Made by a program: the position numbers and the translations under genes
The notes under the pieces: generated by a model
What the model was told of the DNA's origin: nothing
Databases searched by the model: none
The model's input: the letters and a program-made list of their open reading frames with translations, nothing else
Shown here: piece after piece, positions 53,305 through 64,000 of the stretch
Layout: every line of letters starts with the position of its first letter
How positions within the stretch are numbered: position 1 is the stretch's first letter
Source: Haliotis cracherodii
Lineage: Eukaryota
Reading direction: 5' to 3'
Length of the DNA stretch: 64,000 bases
Assembly: GCF_022045235.1 (NCBI RefSeq)
Contig: NW_027266343.1
Span: 56,792,001 to 56,856,000, forward strand

Positions 53305-55050
53305 TAGTGAAAGAGGGGATCTACATGGTCCAGATCCTTCCCTATATCTAGTGAAAGAGGGGATCTACATGGTCCAGATCCTTCCCTATATCTAATGAAA
53401 GAGGGGATCTACATGGTCCAGATCCTTCCCTATATCTAGTGAAAGCGGGGATCTACATGGTCTAGGTCCTTCCCTATATCTAGAGAAAGAGGGGATCTAC
53501 ATGGTCCAGGTCCCTCCCTATATGTAGTGAAAGAGGGGATCTACATGGTCTAGGTCCCTCCCTATATCTAGTGAAAGAGGGGATCTACATGGTCTAGGTC
53601 CCTCCCTATATCTAGTGAAAGAGGGGATCTACATGGTCCAGGTCCCTCCTTATATCTAGTGAAAGAGGGGATCTACATGGTCCAGATCCCTCCCTATATG
53701 TAGTGAAAGCGGGGATCTACATGGTCTAGGTCCTTCCCTATATCTAGAGAAAGAGGGGATCTACATGGTCCAGATCCTTCCCTATATCTAGTGAAAGAGG
53801 GGATCTACATGGTCCAGATCCATCCCTATATGTAGTGAAAGAGGGGATCTACATGGTCCAGATCCATCCCTATATGTAGTGAAAGAGGGGATCTACATGG
53901 TCCAGGTCCCTCCCTACATGTAGTGAAAGAGGGGATCTACATGGTCCAGGTCCTTCCCTATATCTAGTGAAAGAGGGGATCTACATGGTCCAGATCCATC
54001 CCTATATGTAGTGAAAGAGGGGATCTACATGGTCCAGATCCATCCCTATATGTAGTGAAAGAGGGGATCTACATGGTCCAGGTCCCTCCCTACATGTAGT
54101 GAAAGAGGGGATCTACATGGTCCAGGTCCTTCCCTATATCTAGTGAAAGAGGGGATCTACATGGTCCAGATCCTTCCCTATATCTAATGAAAGAGGGGAT
54201 CTACATGGTCCAGATCCTTCCCTATATCTAGTGAAAGCGGGGATCTACATGGTCTAGGTCCTTCCCTATATCTAGAGAAAGAGGGGATCTACATGGTCCA
54301 GGTCCCTCCCTATATGTAGTGAAAGAGGGGATCTACATGGTCTAGGTCCCTCCCTATATCTAGTGAAAGAGGGGATCTACATGGTCTAGGTCCCTCCCTA
54401 TATCTAGTGAAAGAGGGGATCTACATGGTCCAGGTCCCTCCTTATATCTAGTGAAAGAGGGGATCTACATGGTCCAGATCCCTCCCTATATGTAGTGAAA
54501 GCGGGGATCTACATGGTCTAGGTCCTTCCCTATATCTAGAGAAAGAGGGGATCTACATGGTCCAGATCCTTCCCTATATCTAGTGAAAGAGGGGATCTAC
54601 ATGGTCCAGATCCATCCCTATATGTAGTGAAAGAGGGGATCTACATGGTCCAGATCCATCCCTATATGTAGTGAAAGAGGGGATCTACATGGTCCAGGTC
54701 CCTCCCTACATGTAGTGAAAGAGGGGATCTACATGGTCCAGGTCCTTCCCTATATCTAGTGAAAGAGGGGATCTACATGGTCCAGATCCATCCCTATATG
54801 TAGTGAAAGAGGGGATCTACATGGTCCAGATCCATCCCTATATGTAGTGAAAGAGGGGATCTACATGGTCCAGGTCCCTCCCTACATGTAGTGAAAGAGG
54901 GGATCTACATGGTCCAGGTCCTTCCCTATATCTAGTGAAAGAGGGGATCTACATGGTCCAGATCCATCCCTATATGTAGTGAAAGAGGGGATCTACATGG
55001 TCCAGACACCCCCCATGTGTAATTGGACAAGGGATCTACATGGTCCAGAT
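53305..55050. repeat. 44-bp minisatellite TAGTGAAAGAGGGGATCTACATGGTCCAGATCCTTCCCTATATC, about 39 units, with a 792-bp higher-order duplication
   Basis: Direct periodicity; the rare TCTAATGAAA variant recurs at 53391 and 54183. Confidence 0.97.
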
Positions 55051-56939
55051 CCTGCTGTGTGTGGTGTTTGTGTAAGTGAAGCAGATGGATCTGGGTGTTT
55101 GTGAAGTGTATGCAAGAGAGTGGTTAATGATTAAACCTTATGCCACAATAACTATACCAAAATTGCTCCCCAAAGTACCGGGCAATACATTGTTGAGGTA
55201 CATTTGTCAGTTTTATATGAACCATATCATAGTCAGCTTGTGTACTTAACAAACCGTATTACAGTGTTTCCTGACTTTATCAGGAGAAAAGAAAGAAGGG
55301 AACATCAGAACTGAAAAAGATTTACAGTTGTTAGTACAGTGAATATCAGTCACAGTGAAACATTAGTATCGAGAGATGGGTATTAGAGGTTTGAAGTGTA
55401 TCACAATATAAGACCTATGTGAAATAACCCTATATACCGAGCATTTAAACATATTATTGTGATATGTATCCTGGAAAAATTGAACCTCAATATTCTGATA
55501 TATCGGTAATACGTCTCACCCTTATTTGTATCAGGTTTGCACTCTGTCAAACACATGCTTGTCGTTCCCTTATGTCTTACATAATTATTCTGTATACACA
55601 ACAGAAGCATTGTCCTGTGAAAATCAATGATCAGACAATCATCCTATGGTGTTGTTACAGCATCCATGGCCTTGTGGGCAAAGCTTGTACCTGGTAGGTT
55701 GGTGGTTCAATCACCGGCCTCGTCATTCCGCAAGACGTTAAAATATGTTACACACACACATAAGTGCATGGCTGTCGCTTTATACCGTAAATGGGATAAT
55801 CTTGAACGTGTCATTAAACCCCATTTCCCACCTCATTGTTACTAGTTTATGCACAGTTTGTTACATGAGCAGCATTTATCCTGTTTTTACACTGTTATTG
55901 CATCAGCGTCCGTTGTGAATGTCACCAGTTTGTTACACTGTGATTCTGTCCAAAGGTGGACGTTGCTCCACTAGGACTTGTAGCATATAATGTAATAGTA
56001 TTTCAACATGTAAGAATAGGCATTTGTTTGGGTATCATTGTTAAAGGTCAGTAAGTTCACCACTTTTTTTTATACTTATCAAAACCTTGATGATTTTGAT
56101 TTACTGCAGTATTGTTCTGCTGTTCGTGAGTTGTGTCTAGCGCCGCTTTTAACAGTTTTCCAGTCATATCACGGCGTTGTTCTGCTGTTATAAGTGTATG
56201 TTTGTTTCCTTGTCTGTAAGTAAACCTTTTACCCATCTGGAACATTTGTTTTAAAAAAATGTATATGCCAAATGCCATTATGTAGAAACATTTGAAAAGC
56301 TCAAATGCATCAATTAATGCAGTCTACACGTCATCACTAGCATGTTGATAAGCTGAAAATAAAGATATTTGTTTAAAGTTTACTACCTTTATTTATTTTT
56401 CTAACAGGAATATTAGGACTGCAGGTCAAGTTGATCTTAGATTTGCCAACAGTCTGGGGTTTGCGAGTTTTGTTTAATGTGTCTTCGAGATGTTTGAACA
56501 GTATTCCAGTTACATCACGGTGTGTCAGTTTGATGTGGGAGCAAAGCCAGAAGTGATGCAGGACAGGGATGTGTACCACTTTGGGGAAACAAACAAGCAC
56601 AGATATGTCTCTGACAAACCAGGGAACATAATCAGGGCAAATCTGGGATTCAAACCCAAGGTCATAGATTTGTGGCAGGCATAAATGATACAACACATGA
56701 CACAGAGATTTGTAACACCTTATACAGCTTGTCTACCACTGATTGCCTCTCACAACCATCCACTTAGACTGTTGCATGATGTTCCAGCTATCATCCCCGG
56801 TAGGCTGTCCCAGATCACATCCCACAACCACCTGGGGCAAGGGTGGTCTGTTTTTATAAGGTCCCACAATTTGCTGTGCAGAGTTGTGTCCCTTGGGTTC
56901 ACCAGAGACCAAAGATTGTGGGCTTGAATCATGGTTCAC

Positions 56940-57478
56940 CCCATCTTCCCGAAGCAAGAGAGTTAACTGACTTTAACAGTCCAGTTTCCACCCTTGCCGA
57001 ACTAGGCTGGAATTCCTGGGCTAGATCATAGCGCCACCGTTGGCTGTTACGAGTTAAGTTCCTTCTATACCTCTCCTGTGGACCAATCAAATTCCACTTC
57101 GTATTCCACCTCGTATCACTCGTATTTGCTTCAAACAAAATGGTGGCGCCCAGACAAGACGATCTAATCGACAATCAAGATCTATATTGTTATAAAACGG
57201 GTCTTACATCGCGAGGTGCATCAAATTATGTGAGTACCTTGATTAAAAACTTGAAAAGATTTGGAAAATATCTGTTGACAACGAGTTGGCGGTGCACATG
57301 TTTTGCAAATCCTGCAATCGACTGAACTCTGCATGACAGTAAATGAACCAGATATTGATTCGACTATGCATAGACTTGTTATCCAGCCAAAGTCTAACTC
57401 CATAATACCAGCCTAGTTCGGCAAGGGTGGCAACTGGACTTCTATAGTCAGTTAACTCTCTTGCCTTGGGAAGATGGG
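56940..57478. mobile_element. MITE family G inserted in a SINE C copy
   Basis: About 70-bp TIRs CCCATCTTCCCGAAGCAAGAGAGTTAACTGAC.. ; 5-bp TSD TTCAC; SINE C halves on either side. Confidence 0.8.
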
Positions 57479-57938
57479 TTCACCCTGACTTCCAAGTTTG
57501 TCAGCACAAAACCTGAGATTCGCCAAAGTGGTAAAGGTAAAGCTGACACACCGTGATATAACTGGAATACTGTTCAAAGCAGCATAAAATCAAGCTCACA
57601 AAGCTACTCACCCACTCCCACTACCATCCAGTGGTAGCCTATCCCAGATAAGATGGCTTGCTGCTCCAGAATCAACCAAGGGCAGTTTGTCTCAGGTTAT
57701 CTATGTTCTCCCTATCAATCACTAATAAATAATTCATTGGTATATGTCACAAGGAAACGCAAGATGATATTGAACAGTTTATTGACATTTTGTAAACGTA
57801 ATACAGCAGGTTACGAAGTTATTTAACCTTTATCTGGGTTATAAATACCATCCAAAATACCATTACTTCACACTCAGAAACAATCACACTGTTATACTGG
57901 TTATAGATGATTTACTGAGGACAGTAATCCTTGACCTA

Positions 57939-58290
57939 CCGTATTCGACGTAAAAAGCGCCCCGCTCTAATAAGCGCCCACTTTCGAGATTTGTTAATAT
58001 ATTGGCTAGTGAACAATCCCAATTAGGACCCCTTCCGCCCCCTATTCGCATATAATGCGCACCGCTTCCTTCCCCTATTCATGTGAATACGCACTTGTGT
58101 TTATATGCACCCTTTATTATTGGTAATTAAATTCTGGAAAAAAATATACCTGTCGTACAACATTTCAGGCTGTCAGCATAAACAACGAAATTTATCTTTC
58201 AACTTTTTTTTTCACCAAAATAAAATTCTAATAAGAGCCCCCTATTTCTAATTTTGTGAGCGCCCTGGGCTCTTATTACATGGAATACGA
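57939..58290. mobile_element. Tc1/mariner-type MITE family D
   Basis: TA|CCGTATTCGACGTAA.. start; interior similar to 6554-6905. Confidence 0.8.
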
Positions 58291-59341
58291 TATTTCCTTT
58301 TCATATTGGTGTGATTGGTAAGTTTCTCATCTCGAGGCAACAGTGCCCTGACATTTCATTCAGGTCAACGAGGAGCAGTTGGTACAATGATTCTCATAAT
58401 GATGTGTAACAAAACATCCCTTTTTAACAATGTACATACACGTTTGACTATCACAGCACACATTTGAAAAACACTACATGGTTGCAATGGTTTGACTTAC
58501 GCAGTTAATTGTTCCCTCTTCTATTAGTCCTTAAAGTGCCTTGTAGAGACCATGTTGAACTTGCGTAAGACAATCAATACATGTATTACCCTTATCATTT
58601 TACTGATACAGACTAGAGGCAGAAACAGTTATCAGTGGAGGATGAAACAGCATGTGGTACCTCTTCTGAAGATATGTACTCAGTAATTTATTTACAAAGA
58701 TTGGACTACCAAATTATATACATTATTTCAAAATGTGAACTTATATCAAGGGCACACAAAAATTTATCAATAAATCAATCTTTGAGATATTGACAGGCCA
58801 CTGTAACCATGGTAATAGCATGTTACCACTACAAGGCTATATTAACAGTATTAAAAAAGGAACTGTGTTTGTTAAGGTTATCTGAACAAAGGTATCACAA
58901 ACATGAGACATGAGCATGATGAGTTATCTTTAATAAATCAAAATCACAACATTTCTTGATTTACTACAGTCAAAAGTCTCAATATACTATTTCAATATTC
59001 AACACATTTCGATGTGAAGTATTTGTTCAGTACTGGTGTAAGCCCTAATAACTCCACTTCACAGCACTTCTTGATTGAAGACAGTTAAATGCATAAAAGT
59101 ATTTTCATTTTATTTGATTAATGCTTCAATGTGAAGTATTTGATAGGTACCATTATTATTGAAAAAGATATTCTGTTGTACAGTTTAAAAATTAATGTTC
59201 TTATTTCTGAGCTGGACAACATGATAGAACTGCAAAACTAATCTGATCCAGCATAATGTTCAGAGCAGTCAGATCCCTTCACACAATGTTACATGCTTAC
59301 ACAGTTACACTTCTTTGATAGGCATTTAGAAGCCAGAGTAC

Positions 59342-59702
59342 TAAGTAAGGATAATAATTTATTGATGAACAACTTCTTTATTACAATTAAGAGCGACGTT
59401 ATGGTGTAGATTCTAACACCGTTATCAAGCAAGTGATCACGGTGTTGATAACGGTGTAGATTCTAACTCCGATATCAAGCAAGTGATCACGAAGTTGATA
59501 ACGATGTAGATTCTAACACCGTTATCAAGCAAGTGATCACTTGCTTGATAACGGTGTTAGAATCTACGACGAAATGTCGCTCTTAATTGTAATAAAGTAG
59601 TTGTTCGTCACTTGCTTGATAACGGTGTTAGAATCTACACTGAAACGTCGCTCTTAATTGTAATAAGGAAGTTGTTCATCCATAATTTCTAATCCTTACT
59701 TA
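59342..59702. mobile_element. Penelope-like pseudo-LTR remnant arranged as an inverted repeat, with minimal hammerhead-like motifs
   Basis: Arms are reverse complements; TTGATAA-C-GGTGT..ACACT-GAAA-CGTC followed by AATAA, the layout of PLE termini. Confidence 0.6.
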
Positions 59703-59940
59703 CATGCTTACACACCACTCTCTGCATGAACACACACTTTCTTTTTGTAATATATATTCTCAAAGTTATGGCTTGTTATAATACCAAGTCTATAAATTAC
59801 AATTACAAGCCCCTCTTCAATGCCAATATTCCATGTGTTTGTGTCAGGAATACTGTCTGTGTTTTAAAGCCCACATGAGAGGTGCAATGATTACGACCGC
59901 ACATCTACACACTGTGAACACTCTTGAACATCCATGTACA

Positions 59941-60119
59941 TCAGTTCGCAGGCTTCTTCTTGGCCTTCATGGCGCTGTAGAAGACCCCGCCCAACACAGC
60001 ACACAAAGTGAACCCTTGGGCACCAATCCTCATTCGCATCATGGTCTGTGATCGACGTGTGTTCCCGGTCTTCATTTGCCACAGACCATATGTTAGGGCA
60101 AGGGTTGTCAAGGCAACAC
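59941..60119 (-). CDS. HIGD2A: HIG1 domain family member 2A, exon 2
   Basis: GVALTTLALTYGL..GNTRRSQTMMRMRIGAQGFTL: HIG1 (Q)X3(R)XRX3Q motif; acceptor ttttcag. Confidence 0.93.
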
Positions 60120-62254
60120 CTGAAAACATTTGCCTTCATTAAATATCTACAAGTGTTGTTAATGTCCAAGTATCACAAAAAATGGTAATACTTTTTTTAC
60201 ATCATTATGTAGCCAGTATGATTTACAATACGATGGTCGAGGATTTATTTTGTGAAAACATAAACTTTGCACTCAATTCAAAGTACATATTTTGAGGTCT
60301 TTATTTGTGACAACCCAAGCGAATTTTAAAAGCGCTAACGCCAACCGTGCTCCAATGGTAGCACTATCATTCCTAAGTGATAATTGGGACCTATATCAAT
60401 CATGAATATTGATTCCATACATATAATGAATATAATTCTTTTGATATGAATATAACTTTAGACATGAGAGTGTCACACAGGCCTTTAAAACATGTGTCTC
60501 TTTGTGTCCTCGGCATTATCGTTGCTGGGATGTCTCCACATAGACACTGGCAAGATGTATGTAAGATGCTTTTCTCAGTATTGGTACCATGGAAAGATTT
60601 AGAAGAACATGAAGAATGTCTGTTAAAAAAATGACAAATTCATAAAAAATATCTAACATAATCAGCAATGATTATGGGGTATTTTGATAACTATTGAAAG
60701 ATAGATCTCCCTAAAAAGACTTGTGAGAAATCAATTGTTTTCTGGGACATTGAATTGTATATTTATATACTTATCCTATCTCACACTATGCATTTCTTCC
60801 TTCATGTTTCATCCTATTTGGAAAACATGCTTGAACAAGGTTTCCAGCTTCTAAAAACAAATCACTATCTCCCACAGACAATAGGGTGAGCCAGCTTGGC
60901 ATCTCTTTTAACGCTTCATCCAAGCTGTCAGTCATGCCTGTTGGATTGAATCAGGCTAAGACGAGAAGAGGAATGACTGACAATATCCACAAGAAGATCT
61001 TCAAGCTTATACCAGGCAGCACATGCCTAAAGCAGTGGTGTGCAGGTAAAAGGGTTTAGATACCATCAAAACAGCTGTGCCTTTATATGACTTTAATGTT
61101 GAAGACCGCAGTCTCTACAGATGAGTTACTTCACCTTTTACTGGCTACTGAGTCTGGGAACCCGAATAATGACAATAAACAAAGGAAGGACATTCAAATG
61201 ACTATTCTATATGTACAGGATACAGAGTACTGGGCTGCAGGTATCGTCTATCTGTTGTCAACCGTTGTGCCAGGATCAAGGGATTTAACTCGTGTAGATC
61301 CTGAACATCGGTTTTTGAGACATCATGTAGAAAGTGGGAAGCAAAGACAGTATCAGACTTAAAAAAACCACACCCCATAATAGTGAACAGAATATAATTG
61401 CTGTGCAGGGCCATGGTAGAGGCAATGACCCTCGTTTCACATGGATTGGATGTCACAGGAGGTGACAATCCAACAAAGGCTCAGAGGATGAAATATCACC
61501 AGCACATATTGAAAAAAGACTTACTGAAGCAAAATACTGCAGGCATTTACATATTAATCTTTATCTTACATACTGAACTTTGTTAACTATCAGCATGTCT
61601 TCCTTCATCATTGGTGTCACAAAGTGAATGATGGTTTAATTGACAAGCGAATTTGTGTTTGTATAACAATTACTCAAACATATAACAGGGTACAACACTG
61701 AAGAAGGGATATGAGGCAAGAATGCAGTATACCGTACACCTTCTGTCATTTTGGTAAGGGATGTGCATAAGCTTATTCCTTAGTCACGTTTTCTATGTTT
61801 TTCAGATGCCATTTTTGTCGCCTCACTAAAATAACTGGGGATTTTGGGGGGACCTGCCCCCGACAAAATGGCTTTAATCAAACTGTTTTGGTGTAAATGT
61901 AATGTTGAATTTCCAAAGTAGATACAAAATATGTGTTCGCTGAAATGTGGCCTGACCGGATGGATGTCACTGATGAGATTGTCGCACGTAATTATGGCTC
62001 GATTACTTTTTCAATGTTGATGTCCAATTTTTAACGTTTAGACATTGCTGTGATATTCAAATATACCATACAAATGCAAGTGGGGTCATTTTATTATGCT
62101 TATTTTGAGCTTTTCGCTCTAAATATATCAAAAAGTGATGATGTCGCGTGCGGCTTTATTAGTAGCATCAAGAAACATAGCAGATAGGTGTCCTGTGAAG
62201 TGGACACACAGCAACTGTACGCTTTGAATGATAGTGCCCACTAATGCAATATAC

Positions 62255-62408
62255 CTATAGGAACAAATGGATTGTCCTTCGTTTTCCTGATAAACTTCTC
62301 TTTCAAACCCTCTTGGTAATAGCCAAGTTCTTCTCTTGGTGGTGGTAAATATGCATATTCTTGAGGTGGAGGCTTCTGTACTATCTCTGACTCTGTAGAG
62401 GTCGCCAT
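62255..62408 (-). CDS. HIGD2A: HIG1 domain family member 2A, exon 1
   Basis: aaaATGg start; EGLKEKFIRKTKDNPFVPIG typical of HIGD2A; G|gtatat donor, phase 1; 110 aa total. Confidence 0.92.
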
Positions 62409-62923
62409 TTTAGAATACAAAGAAGTTGCACAGGAATAAGGATCCGGAAGTTATCCAGTTATGATTTCACAAAACCGGCATCTATCGGCTTATGATAAGC
62501 ATTGTGACATTGCTTTATGGTATTTTATGGAAAAAAATTGATTCAAAGTGTAAAAACCATACACCAATGTTTATACCATCAAGTATTACATTTGTTTCCA
62601 CCGCTGTACTGGTCTCACATTTTGATATTGTAAGATCATCGGAAACATCCGGTTGGAAAATAGTAAAAGGGATCATAGCGGTATTTGATTGTTATAAATA
62701 TGGATATATTTCTTTTGAGAATAAAAGTATGTTACAGTTAGATAGCGCTATCTTTGTTAAAATTTAAGCAGTATGATGTAACAGTCGTAGTTTGTTTAAC
62801 CTCAATTAAAACACTTAGTGTGTTTATTTGTTTCGGAAGTTATTCCATATTTTGTCATACCCATAGTCGCGTCCTTGAGCACGTGTTGATGTTTTGCTTG
62901 AAGAAATACTCTGTGACAGAACC
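62409..62923. promoter_or_regulatory. Bidirectional promoter HIGD2A / NOP16
   Basis: Start codons 515 bp apart, head-to-head; ETS-like CCGGAAGT (62444), ACATCCGG (62645) and TCGGAAGT (62833); YY1-like CGCCATTT over the HIGD2A ATG. Confidence 0.7.
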
Positions 62924-63024
62924 ATGACGAAAATACGAAAACAGAGCAGAAATAAGACTTACAACTATACCAAAGACCGGAAAAGAAGTTGGAAAAACAA
63001 AAACAAACTACAAAAAATAACATG
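62924..63024 (+). CDS. NOP16: Nucleolar protein 16, exon 1
   Basis: accATG; MTKIRKQSRNKTYNYTKDRKRSWKNKNKLQKIT(C), a basic N-terminus; requires the GC donor TG|gcaagg. Confidence 0.8.
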
Positions 63025-63317
63025 GCAAGGCTGTTAGAAATGTTTATGCAGTATAATTTACTATAAGTCAGGGCCTCATCGCAGGAGAACTTTATTTAAC
63101 GTGCTGAAGTAGGTACATATAGACGTCGTTCAGGCTAACTGAAAGACGAGTAGTGCACAATTTCAGTTAGAGCCACGTCCTTTAACTCTAGGAGTAGCAC
63201 TTCCAAAGATGAATGGATGAGGGGATATACAGGAGTTTGAACAAATGCTAAAATATTACAAAAAAACCAACTAAACGATGAAAAGTTAAAGATTCTTTAC
63301 CTCGATAGACGTGTCAT

Positions 63318-63584
63318 CCCGTGAAGATCCGATTTGGATTAGGCCATCAGCAACCCATGCTTGCTGTGAAAGGCGACTATTGTTGTCATAAAAGGCGACT
63401 AACGGGATTCGGTGGTCAGGCTTGCTGACTTTGATTGATGTATGTCATCGTGTCCCAGTTGCGTAGATCAATGCTCATGATGTCAATCACTGGATTAAAT
63501 TGTCTGGTCCACACTCGATTATTTTCAGACCGCCATCATATAGCTGGAATATTGCTGAGTGTGGCGTTAAACAACAAACAAACA
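63318..63584 (+). mobile_element. SINE family A copy in NOP16 intron 1
   Basis: CCCGTGAAGATCCG head and (AAAC)n tail. Confidence 0.85.
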
Positions 63585-63702
63585 ATTAGTTTTTCTGGTC
63601 AAATACCTGAAATGGGTTGACGAGAAATCAGTGTGTTTTGGCTTTGACTTTTTGGGGGCTGGGATGTCAGTTTATTTTGTATAATGTTCAAACATTTTTC
63701 AG

Positions 63703-63811
63703 TGAGACTGTAAGTGAAGCTTGGGATGAGAAGAAGTCTGTAGCACAGAACATGCAGGACATGGGGCTGTCAGCGGACTCCAACCAAACCATAAGGATCC
63801 CCAAAACTAAG
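63703..63811 (+). CDS. NOP16: Nucleolar protein 16, exon 2 (gene continues beyond the window)
   Basis: ETVSEAWDEKKSVAQNMQDMGLSADSN matches the Nop16 WD..S..QN...MGL..D.N signature; tttttcag| acceptor and AAG|gtgtgc donor. Confidence 0.9.
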
Positions 63812-64000
63812 GTGTGCTATTTTGTTGCTATGTGAGTTTTGAACACATTCTTCCATATAACATGTGTTGTATACCATGTTTTGTCAAAGGATGACATCTG
63901 TGTCCCCAATACACATGTATTCCTAGATCTGCTGTATAAGGGTATTGGGTGGTCATGATGGCTAATACATACAAATATTATGTCATGGGGGTCGAATGGT

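Noticed and set aside
49803-55050. CRISPR-like array (about 41-44-bp periodicity, hairpin unit)
   Set aside because: No unique spacers, no cas genes, eukaryotic context.
60446-61586. Short ORFs nested in the HIGD2A intron
   Set aside because: No recognisable motifs or consistent splice phases; partly overlap a dispersed repeat.

Overview
Animal (metazoan) genomic DNA, AT-rich, intron-containing and repeat-dense. The SINE families look gastropod/abalone-like (inference). Five spliced protein-coding genes can be reconstructed by hand: a galactose-3-O-sulfotransferase (-), then a KIAA1191/p33MONOX-like gene (-), an ARL10-like small GTPase (+), HIGD2A (-) and the first two exons of NOP16 (+, runs off the window). 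The last four form two head-to-head pairs. From recall of human 5q35.2, these same four genes are immediate neighbours there, so this looks like an ancient conserved microsyntenic block with the HIGD2A/NOP16 pair flipped. About 17 kb is four minisatellite arrays (21, 30, about 40-44 and 44 bp units). One appears derived from ARL10 exon 4 and sits beside two in-frame duplicated splice acceptors. The rest is SINEs, MITEs, a deleted chromodomain-bearing Gypsy element, a LINE RNase H fragment, a Penelope-like inverted repeat with minimal hammerhead motifs, and a 196-N assembly gap. All homology calls are from recognition, not searches.
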